Below, in pieces: positions 1-10,128 of a stretch of 32,000 bases of DNA. Source of the stretch: Ureaplasma parvum serovar 3 str. ATCC 27815 (GTDB lineage Bacteria; Bacillota_I; Bacilli_A; Mycoplasmatales; Mycoplasmoidaceae); the NCBI RefSeq assembly GCF_000019345.1, contig NC_010503.1:420001-452000 (forward strand), written 5' to 3'. The notes under the pieces are model-generated. The model was not told the origin of the DNA. It worked only from the letters and a program-made list of their open reading frames with translations, and made no database searches. The translations under genes were made by a program, and so were the position numbers. Position 1 is the stretch's first letter; every line of letters starts with the position of its first letter.

Positions 1-92
1 ATGATGAAGTTGTTAATAAATACCATAACAATGTAGTTTATTTAAAAACACCAAAACAAATTGCACCATCAATTATTAAAGTAATGCGTTAA
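1..92 (+). CDS. 3' end of an upstream CDS (partial; product not identifiable)
   Basis: Frame open from the window edge, reads ...DEVVNKYHNNVVYLKTPKQIAPSIIKVMR then TAA at 90-92; alaS starts 30 nt downstream. Confidence 0.35.
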   Translation, partial: DEVVNKYHNNVVYLKTPKQIAPSIIKVMR

Positions 93-122
93 ATAATAAA
101 AAAGTAAGGAAGAATATTTATT

Positions 123-2835
<2,713 letters not shown>

Positions 2836-2843
<8 letters not shown>

Positions 2844-3279
2844 ATTAGCACTTGATTTAGGAACAAAATCATGTGGTTTTGCAATTAGTGATTTATTAGG
2901 AATAATTGCTAGCGGACTTGATAATTTTATTTATGAAGAAAATGATTTTACAGCTGTTTTAGCTAAAATTGATGAAATCATGATTAATTATCATCATGAA
3001 ATTGACACAATTGTTTTAGGTTATCCAACTAATGTTTATGATGGATCAAAAAATGAACGAACATATTTAATCGAATCATTTTATGCATTATTAAAACAAC
3101 ACTTTTTAAACCATGAAAAAATTAAAATTGTTTATGAGGATGAACGTTTTAGCACTAAAATTGCAACTCAACGTTTAAAAAATAGTTGTGTTAAAGCAGC
3201 TAAAATCAAAAAAGTTAAAGATAAAATGAGTGCTGTTGTTATTTTAGAAAGTTATTTAAGTAAAAATCATTTTAATTAA
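2836..3279 (+). CDS. ruvX: YqgF/RuvX-type putative Holliday junction resolvase / pre-16S rRNA nuclease
   Basis: 147-aa ORF. N-terminus [19 protein letters not shown] matches the YqgF D-x-G-x-x-x-G-x-A signature. Overlaps the alaS stop by 8 nt. The position after alaS is a common arrangement. Confidence 0.85.
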
Positions 3280-3294
3280 AGAAAGGTAAGACTT

Positions 3295-5715
3295 ATGTAT
3301 AATCACAATAAAATTGAAAAAAAATGACAAAAGTATTGACTAGATAATAAGACTTTTAAATTTGTTGATAATCCTAACAATCCTAAGAAATTTTATGTAT
3401 TAGACATGTTTCCATATCCTAGTGGAAAAGGATTGCATGTTGGTCATCCCAAAGGTTATACAGCAACTGATGTAATTAGTCGTTTTAAACGTTTGAATGG
3501 TTATGATGTTTTACATCCAATTGGTTGAGATGCTTTCGGTTTACCAGCAGAACAGTATGCATTAGAAACAAATAATCACCCTCATACTTTTACGCAACAA
3601 AATATTAAAATTTTTCGTAAACAATTACAAATGATTGGTTTTGATTTTGACTATGATAAAGAAGTTGATACAACCGATCCTCAATTTTATCAATGAACGC
3701 AATGGATTTTTGTGCAATTATATAAACATAATTTAGCTGAAATTCAAGATATTGATGTTAATTGATGCGAAAATTTAGGAACTGTTTTAAGTAATGAAGA
3801 AGTTGTTTTAAATGATAAAAACGAACGGGTAAGTGAGCGAGGTGGTCATCCTGTTGTTCGTAAACCAATGAAACAATGAGTTTTAAAAATTGTAGATTAT
3901 GCTGATAAATTATTAGATGGTTTAAATGAAGTTGAATTTAGTGAATCATTAAAATCGTTGCAACGTAATTGAATTGGTAAATCAATCGGTACTAGTGTGC
4001 AATTTAAGATTAAAGATTCACTTTTAACACTTGATGTGTTCACTACACGAATTGATACTATTTATGGGGTACAATACTTAGTAGTTGCACCAGAACATCC
4101 AATTCTTAAATCTATTACTAGTGAGCAACAAATTAATGTTGTTCAATCATATATTGAACAAACAAAGAAAATAAGCGATTTAGATCGCATTGCTGATACT
4201 AATAAAACTGGTGTTTTTAGTGGTGCATATGCTATTAATCCAATCAATCAAGAAATCATTCCAATTTGAGTAAGTGATTATGTTTTAATGAATTTTGCAA
4301 CTGGAGCTGTTATGGGTGTACCAGCACATGATGAACGTGATTATGCTTTTGCTAAAAAATATGCATTACCAATTAAAAGTGTAATTGATACAAAACAAAA
4401 ATTACCATATGCAGGTGATGGTTTACATATTAACTCAGCAATGATTAATGGTTTAAATATTAAACAATCTCAAAATGTTTTAAATGATTATTTAATTAAA
4501 AATCATCTAGGAAAAAAAGTTGCAAACTATAAATTGCGTAATTGAATTTTTAGTCGTCAACGTTATTGAGGTGAACCATTCCCAGTTTTATTCGATGAAA
4601 ATAATCAAATAAAGATTATCGAAGACTTACCTGTTTTATTACCAAATTTAAATGAATTTAAACCTTCTAAAACTGGTGAATCTCCCCTTGCAAATGCCCA
4701 AGAATGATTATATGTAGAAATTGATGGTAAAAAATATCGTCGCGAAACAAATACAATGCCACAATGAGCAGGCTCATCATGATATTTTTTAGCTTATATT
4801 TTAAAAAATGAAGATGGTTCATACACACCATTAAATAGTGAAGAAGCTAAAAAGCGTTTTGCTAAATGATTGCCAGTTGATGTTTATATTGGTGGACAAG
4901 AACATGCTGTTTTACATTTACTATATTCGCGTTTTTGACATCGTTTTTTGTATGATATTGGTGTAGTGCCAACAAAAGAACCATTTTATAAAGTAATTAA
5001 TCAGGGAATGATTTTAGGCGAAAATAATGAAAAAATGTCTAAATCAAAAGGGAATGTTATTAATCCTGATGATATTATTGCTTCGCATGGTGCTGATACA
5101 TTAAGAATTTATGAAATGTTTATGGGACCATTAACAGCTTCATTACCATGAAATCCGGATGGGTTAGATGCGATGCGAAAATGATTAGATCGCGTTTATC
5201 GTTTATATCATAATTTAAGTGAACTAGAAGTTGTCGAAGATCTTAATAAACTAAATGAAGAAATAATTATTGCCTATCATACTTTAATTAAAAATTACAC
5301 AAAAGCAATTAATGAACAAGCATTTAATATTGCGATTAGTGAAATGATGGTTTTTGTTAATGTTTTATACAAAAATAAAGTTATTAATTATGAATTATTA
5401 GATAATTTTTTAATTTTACTTTCATGCTATGCACCACATTTAGCGGAGGAATTATATAGTTTAAACCATTCAGAATCTGTTTGTTTACAAAAAATGCCTA
5501 TTTATGATGAACAAAAAATTATTGCTCAAAATATTACAATTCCAATTCAAATTAATGGTAAATTAAAGCACACAATCAATGTTTTAAGAGATACAAATGC
5601 TGAAGAGTTAGTTAATTTAGCATTGGCTTGTGAACAAGTTAAACAAGAAATTGGGGATCAACCAATTAAAAAACAAATCGTTGTTGTTAATAAAATTATT
5701 AATTTTGTTATTTAA
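3295..5715 (+). CDS. leuS: leucine--tRNA ligase (806 aa)
   Basis: [15 protein letters not shown]...[14 protein letters not shown] (HIGH motif) and KMSKSKGN (KMSKS) at about 5035-5058. Fragments 3997, 4288, 4948 and 5344 are all in the frame of the ATG at 3295, joined by TGA. GAAAGG 10 nt upstream of the start. Confidence 0.95.
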
Positions 5716-5914
5716 TGTTTTTTACTATGTAAAAAGACACTAATATTGATTTTTATTTACAATAAAAAAATAATTAACAAAACCCCAGTATTTTTTTCAA
5801 TAGGCTCATTTTAATGATAGATTAAACCTATTGTTATAAATATTTATAGCTTGTTAAAGCAATTACTAACAAAATAAAAAACCACCATTGTAAACTAGGA
5901 CAAAAAATTTAGAC

Positions 5915-6532
5915 TCAAATAGATTTATTGTTCATATAAACATCCCACATTTGTTGGGGTGTTTTTAAATCAAATTTTTTGATAAATCTTTCATTATTAT
6001 ACAAATTAATAAATTTGTCTATTTCTATTTGCAATTCATTAAATGTTAAACTTTTTGCTTTTTGAAAAAAATTTGAAAATATTTCAGTTTTTAGAATAGA
6101 AAAGAAATATTCTACTTCTCTATTATCCAAAGAATTTCCAACTCTTGACATAGAAATAGTGCCATTAATTGAATCTATGTAATCAAGGAATTCCTTAGAG
6201 GAATATTGATATCCGTGATCTGAATGTACAATGAATTTTTTAGGAAATTTAGTTAGTTTAAAATGTTTTAAAACAAGATTAGTATCATTATATTTTGATA
6301 AATTCCAGCTCACAATTTTCTTTGTTTTATGATGCAATAAAACCGATAAATATACATGATTTTCTATAACATCAGTGGGTGAAGGAATATATGTCACATC
6401 GGTAGCATATATATCATTCATTTGGCCATCATAATCTCTATTGGCTAAGTTTTTGAATGTTGCATTAACATTCTTTATTTCTCTTTTTCTTTTGCTTCTT
6501 CTTATTTCGCATAGCAAACCCAATTTATTCAT
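5915..6532 (-). CDS. IS3-family transposase OrfB fragment (rve/DDE integrase core, N-terminally truncated ORF)
   Basis: ORF-track protein contains YATDVTYIPSP (D), HSDHGYQYSS (D) and GNSLDNREVEYFFSILKTE (E), the IS3-type DDE triad context. Confidence 0.8.
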   Translation of the reverse strand: MNKLGLLCEIRRSKRKREIKNVNATFKNLANRDYDGQMNDIYATDVTYIPSPTDVIENHVYLSVLLHHKTKKIVSWNLSKYNDTNLVLKHFKLTKFPKKFIVHSDHGYQYSSKEFLDYIDSINGTISMSRVGNSLDNREVEYFFSILKTEIFSNFFQKAKSLTFNELQIEIDKFINLYNNERFIKKFDLKTPQQMWDVYMNNKSI

Positions 6533-7153
6533 AATTCTGCCCAGAGTCCTTGGATTTATATCGATTTGGTACTTTTTCTTTTAAAAAAAGTGAAAGTCTT
6601 TCCCTTCCAAATCTTCCTTTGCATTCAATAAAAGCCTCTTTTATTTGTTTTTCATATTGAATTGCCTTGTTTTTGGCTGGCAATTTAAATTTTTTAATTC
6701 CTAAAATAGTGATAATTTTGCTTTATTGATATTGAAAAATTATGCTTCTTTTTAATTTTTTTCAACAACTTCTTCTAAATTTTTGCTATTGTTGCGTTTT
6801 AAAATTTCTTCATAAAAAATATCAGTAATGAGATATTCAAGTTGTTCTCTTGACATTTCTTTTAAAGTTTTTTCACGAAGTTTTTTTCTTGTTCAATATC
6901 TCTTTTTCTCGTGCGACTTGAGCCCTTACCTTTTTTTGGTAGCCTTGCCTGTTTGCGAATTTATATTCATACCTAAATTATAGAGTTTATATTTGGTTTT
7001 AATTAGTTTTAAACTATATTTATTTAGTTGCCTTCCATTACTAATTTCACAATATTTATATGATAAAAATTCTTTAGAAATATCATAATTTAAATATTGT
7101 TCATATCAAAAAAATATTGATAATCATTCATCTTCTCTTAATTGTCTTCCCAT
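5915..7153 (-). pseudogene. IS3-family transposase orfAB, apparently disrupted (in-frame TAA stops and frame changes even under code 4)
   Basis: Minus-strand ATG at 7153 gives MGRQLREDEWLSIFFWYEQYL...SQTGKATKKR, then TAA directly after an A7G slippery-type run (about 6929-6937). Sensible sequence continues as ...KLREKTLKEMSREQLEYLITDIF...EKN stop, then ...SKIITILGIKKFKLPAKNKAIQYEKQIKEAFIECKGRFGRERLSLFLKEK in another frame with an internal TAA. A further shift is needed to reach YQIDINPRTLGRIMNKLGLL of the 5915-6532 ORF. Confidence 0.5.
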
Positions 7154-7230
7154 AATAATTTAACCTTTCAATAATAAAAATAAAGACTCGCTTTTTTTCA
7201 TTACGAGTCTAATTTTTTTGTTCAGGTTTA

Positions 7231-7298
7231 AAAAATGGGCTTTTTTTATTTACTAAAATTTAAATTCTGAAAATTATCAGTTTTAAAATAATAAAAAA
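7231..7298 (+). repeat. R1: about 68-bp direct-repeat copy between the IS end and the 3' end of the repeat cassette
   Basis: aaaaatgggctttttttatttactaaaatttaaattctgaaaattatcagttttaaaataataaaaaa matches 9624-9691 with about 4 mismatches. Confidence 0.8.
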
Positions 7299-7319
7299 TA
7301 GCTCAATTTTTTGAGCTAT
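7292..7319 (-). terminator. rho-independent terminator of the expressed lipoprotein gene
   Basis: Minus-strand hairpin atagctcaa/ttgagctat (7298-7306 pairs with 7311-7319) followed by a T-run, about 35 nt past the stop at 7352. Confidence 0.6.
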
Positions 7320-7351
7320 TTAATTTAAATTTTATTTTTTAACTAAAGTAA

Positions 7352-8545
7352 TTATTTTCCAGTAGTTTCTTTACCTGCTGGTTGTTCTTTACCTGCTGGT
7401 TGTTCTTTACCTGCTGGTTGTTCTTTACCTGCTGGTTGTTCTTTACCTGCTGGTTGTTCTTTACCTGCTGGTTGTTCTTTACCTGCTGGTTGTTCTTTAC
7501 CTGCTGGTTGTTCTTTACCTGCTGGTTGTTCTTTACCTGCTGGTTGTTCTTTACCTGCTGGTTGTTCTTTACCTGCTGGTTGTTCTTTACCTGCTGGTTG
7601 TTCTTTACCTGCTGGTTGTTCTTTACCTGCTGGTTGTTCTTTACCTGCTGGTTGTTCTTTACCTGCTGGTTGTTCTTTACCTGCTGGTTGTTCTTTACCT
7701 GCTGGTTGTTCTTTACCTGCTGGTTGTTCTTTACCTGCTGGTTGTTCTTTACCTGCTGGTTGTTCTTTACCTGCTGGTTGTTCTTTACCTGCTGGTTGTT
7801 CTTTACCTGCTGGTTGTTCTTTACCTGCTGGTTGTTCTTTACCTGCTGGTTGTTCTTTACCTGCTGGTTGTTCTTTACCTGCTGGTTGTTCTTTACCTGC
7901 TGGTTGTTCTTTACCTGCTGGTTGTTCTTTACCTGCTGGTTGTTCTTTACCTGCTGGTTGTTCTTTACCTGCTGGTTGTTCTTTACCTGCTGGTTGTTCT
8001 TTACCTGCTGGTTGTTCTTTACCTGCTGGTTGTTCTTTACCTGCTGGTTGTTCTTTACCTGCTGGTTGTTCTTTACCTGCTGGTTGTTCTTTACCTGGTT
8101 GTGTAGTTTCAAAGTTCACTTTTTCTGTTTGATAATTCAAATTATCAGATATTAACAAACCTGAAGTCTTGATTAATCCACTTTTACTAATAATAGTTAA
8201 TTGTTCATTAGGTTTTGGTTCACGAGGTAATTTAACGTAAATTTTTTCACCAACTAAATGACCTTTTTCAAGTGTACTTTCTGTTTTGTTTTCAGCTGAT
8301 GTAAGTGCAGCATTAAATTCAATGTTACTTAATGATTTTTTATCATCATTACTTAGATCTTTAAAGTTTTCAATTTCGTAAACCGCATAAAAACTTTTAC
8401 CGTCTGTTGATTTAGCAAATTGGTTACTTAACTTAGATTTAACAGTTGAATTAGAACATGAAGCTGCTATAGCAACTATTCCAGCTCCAACTAAGGTAAC
8501 ACCTAATGTCATAGCTCAGAATTTTTTATTTTTTAATAATTTCAT
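7352..8545 (-). CDS. surface lipoprotein, currently assembled expression copy: signal peptide, constant N-terminal module, NLNYQTEKVNFE junction, then (KEQPAG)n repeat tail
   Basis: ATG at 8545 with AGGAG 8 nt upstream. MKLLKNKKFWAMTLGVTLVGAGIVAIAASC has a lipobox (IAAS-C). It joins ORF 7352..8512 in frame through one TGA. The C-terminal part is about 40 KEQPAG units ending GKETTGK, then TAA. Confidence 0.85.
7367..8097 (-). repeat. perfect 18-bp tandem repeat array, about 40.6 copies (unit ggtaaagaacaaccagca on the coding strand = GKEQPA)
   Basis: Sequence lines repeat exactly with the 180-nt period expected for an 18-bp unit on 60-nt lines. No variant unit seen by eye. Span 731 bp. Confidence 0.95.
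8108..8142 (-). repeat. site A: 35-bp in-frame junction element (encodes NLNYQTEKVNFE), inverted relative to site B
   Basis: The reverse complement of 8108-8142 is atttgaattatcaaacagaaaaagtgaactttgaa, identical to 8854-8888. It lies exactly between the constant N-terminal module and the repeat cassette. Confidence 0.85.
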
Positions 8546-8853
8546 TTATGATTCTCCTAATATAAAAAATATGTCATTTTATTGTTTTTATTTAATATAT
8601 GTAAAAAATATGAACACTAAGATTTGGTAATCTTACATAATTTCTACAGTAATTAATTTTTAATTTTAACGAAAACATATAAAGATTGCAAATACTTTTT
8701 ATTTAGCACTTGCACTTTTAATTATATAATTTTTACTATTTTTTTTATTTTTTTATTTTTCTGCATTATCGATAACATTATTAGATATTTTTTATTATAA
8801 ATTATGATTAAAAATTTAATTATATATCTATATTATTTTTAATAAGTTTTATT

Positions 8854-8888
8854 ATTTGAATTATCAAACAGAAAAAGTGAACTTTGAA
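8854..8888 (+). repeat. site B: 35-bp junction element heading the silent plus-strand cassette
   Basis: atttgaattatcaaacagaaaaagtgaactttgaa on the plus strand, in the same reading frame (LNYQTEKVNFE) as the following 249-codon ORF. Confidence 0.85.
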
Positions 8889-9605
8889 GCAGCTTCAGCT
8901 CCAAGCCAACAACCATCTCCGACTCCAGCTCCAAAAACTGAAGAACCAAAAGAAAATGGTGGTAGCGAACAGCAAGCTGATCAACCAGAAAATTCTAAAA
9001 AAGATGATGTTGTAGCTAGTGGTGTAAAAATTAGTGAAGTCAAAAATAATACTGCTACTATTGAAGTTACATTTAGTAAATTTGAATTAGCAGATGCTAA
9101 TAAAAAAGATTTTGTTTTAGAAGTTATTAAGAAAGCTGATACAAATCCAATTCAAGCAAGTGATTTAAAATATGATGAAGCATCTAAAACATTAAGCGGT
9201 AAACTAAGTGGTTTAAATTCAAATGTTGACTATGAAATTTCAAAACTAACTTTAAATGGTAAAGAAGTCAAATTTAATGAAGAAGAGTTGTTAAAATCAT
9301 ATGTTAAAAATGCAAAATTATTTATGACATTCAACAAAGAAAATAAGAAAATTAATGTTAAATTACAAAATTTTGATATTTTAAATTCTTTAGAAGAAAA
9401 TCAACCTATATTAACATTTGATATTGAAATTAAAAAAGATAGTAGTTTACAAGTAGTTCATAAATCATTAACAAAGAATCAATTATCAAATCTTAATGGT
9501 TTAGAAATTGATTTAAAAGATAAAATGAATGGAAATAATGCAAATTATGATGTTAAATTAACCAATGCTAAATTGTTAAATGTTAACATAGAAACACAAA
9601 AATAA
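8856..9605 (+). CDS. promoterless, signal-peptide-less lipoprotein 3' cassette 2 (Pro/Gln-rich linker plus about 200-aa domain)
   Basis: The ORF opens only at a TTG that is the Leu codon of the junction element. It reads LNYQTEKVNFEAASAPSQQPSPTPAPKTEEPKENGG.... No Met, SD or lipobox. The upstream region is the divergent 5' region of the 7352-8545 gene. Confidence 0.6.
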   Translation: MNYQTEKVNFEAASAPSQQPSPTPAPKTEEPKENGGSEQQADQPENSKKDDVVASGVKISEVKNNTATIEVTFSKFELADANKKDFVLEVIKKADTNPIQASDLKYDEASKTLSGKLSGLNSNVDYEISKLTLNGKEVKFNEEELLKSYVKNAKLFMTFNKENKKINVKLQNFDILNSLEENQPILTFDIEIKKDSSLQVVHKSLTKNQLSNLNGLEIDLKDKMNGNNANYDVKLTNAKLLNVNIETQK

Positions 9606-9618
9606 TATAAATAAAAAT

Positions 9619-9640
9619 AGCTCAAAAATGGGCTTTTTTT
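9619..9640 (+). terminator. weak rho-independent terminator after cassette 2
   Basis: agctca aaaa tgggct hairpin (6 bp with one G-U pair) followed by T7, 14 nt after the TAA at 9603-9605. Confidence 0.45.
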
Positions 9641-9691
9641 ATTTATTAAAATTCAAATTCTAAAAATTATCAGTTTTAAAGTAATAAAAAA
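9624..9691 (+). repeat. R2: about 68-bp direct-repeat copy between convergent cassettes 2 and 3
   Basis: aaaaatgggctttttttatttattaaaattcaaattctaaaaattatcagttttaaagtaataaaaaa; same orientation as R1. Confidence 0.8.
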
Positions 9692-9746
9692 ACCAATCAA
9701 TAGATCTTGTTTTTAAGATTTTTGAGTGGTATTTATTAATAAATTT

Positions 9747-9963
9747 TTATTTTTTAGCTTCTTCTAATTCTTCTTTAGCTTTATCAACTGCTTCTTGTTT
9801 TGTTGTTTGATTAGTTTTAGCTGTTTCTAATAATTGATTTGCGTTTTTTGATTCTTTAGTTGCTTCATCTAATTTTGTTTTAGCAGCATCAGCAACTTTT
9901 TGTTTGCTTTCAACATCAGTTTTAGCAGTTGTTAATTCTTTTTCTGTTTGATAATTCAAATTA
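9747..9963 (-). CDS. promoterless lipoprotein 3' cassette 3 (short Lys/Glu/Ala-rich, coiled-coil-like tail)
   Basis: Minus-strand frame reads NLNYQTEK ELTTAKTDVESKQKVADAAKTKLDEATKESKNANQLLETAKTNQTTKQEAVDKAKEELEEAKK then stop. The track start (MIFYIF, TTG at 9980) has no SD or signal peptide. Confidence 0.55.
9938..9963 (-). repeat. site C: 26-bp copy of the junction element (taatttgaattatcaaacagaaaaag)
   Basis: The reverse complement of 9938-9963 equals the minus-strand sequence of 8119-8144 (site A). A 24-bp core is shared by A, B and C. Same orientation as A, inverted relative to B. Confidence 0.8.
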
Positions 9964-10128
9964 AAAATATAAAATATCAAGTAATTTATATTTTAAAACA
10001 TTTTTGAAACAAAATTTTGTTATATAAATACTTATATATTATAAAATAATAAAAATAAGATTATTCAAGTAATAAATGCAACTTAATATTATTGGTCTGC
10101 ATTTATTTTTATAAATATAGGTGTTAAA

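Larger units (their letters stand above)
5889..7232 (-). mobile_element. IS3-family insertion sequence (about 1.34 kb) with imperfect terminal inverted repeats
   Basis: Left end 5889-5916 (tgtaaactaggacaaaaaatttagactc) is the reverse complement of right end 7205-7232 (gagtctaatttttttgttcaggtttaaa) at 23 of 28 positions. Internally it has an OrfA-like HTH region and an OrfB with DDE/rve motifs on the minus strand. Confidence 0.75.

Noticed and set aside
5716-5888. Intergenic region after leuS, checked for a tRNA or small RNA
   Set aside because: No cloverleaf-compatible stems or conserved tRNA boxes (GTTCRANNC-type T-loop) were recognisable. The sequence is simply AT-rich spacer next to the IS end.
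5915-7153. The IS3 transposase as the enzyme driving the lipoprotein inversions
   Set aside because: DDE transposases of the IS3 family are not known to catalyse site-specific inversion at short internal coding sites. The gene appears fragmented, and the A/B/C sites do not resemble the IS termini. A tyrosine recombinase encoded elsewhere is the more likely catalyst.
7367-8097. Possible CRISPR array (many short identical repeats)
   Set aside because: The units are directly abutting with no spacers, lie inside a coding frame, and have an 18-bp period. This is a coding tandem repeat, not a CRISPR.
7339-8155. Track ORFs 7339..8112 (-, NNQQVK repeats) and 7382..8155 (+, FFTCWL repeats) overlapping the repeat array
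   Set aside because: These are alternative frames of a perfect 18-bp repeat, which stays open in any stop-free frame. Neither has a signal peptide, SD or non-repeat domain. Only the KEQPAG frame is contiguous with the lipoprotein N-terminus.
9747-9980. Track ORF 9747..9980 (MIFYIFNLNYQTEK...) as an independent small gene
   Set aside because: Its start is a TTG with no SD and no signal peptide. The first residues run straight into the conserved junction element, so it is better explained as a silent 3' cassette.
10060-10110. Hairpin aaatgca(17 nt)tgcattt followed by a T-run upstream of polC, considered as a terminator or regulatory RNA
   Set aside because: The stem is only 7 bp and AT-rich with a large loop. 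No upstream plus-strand gene needs termination there. The evidence is insufficient.
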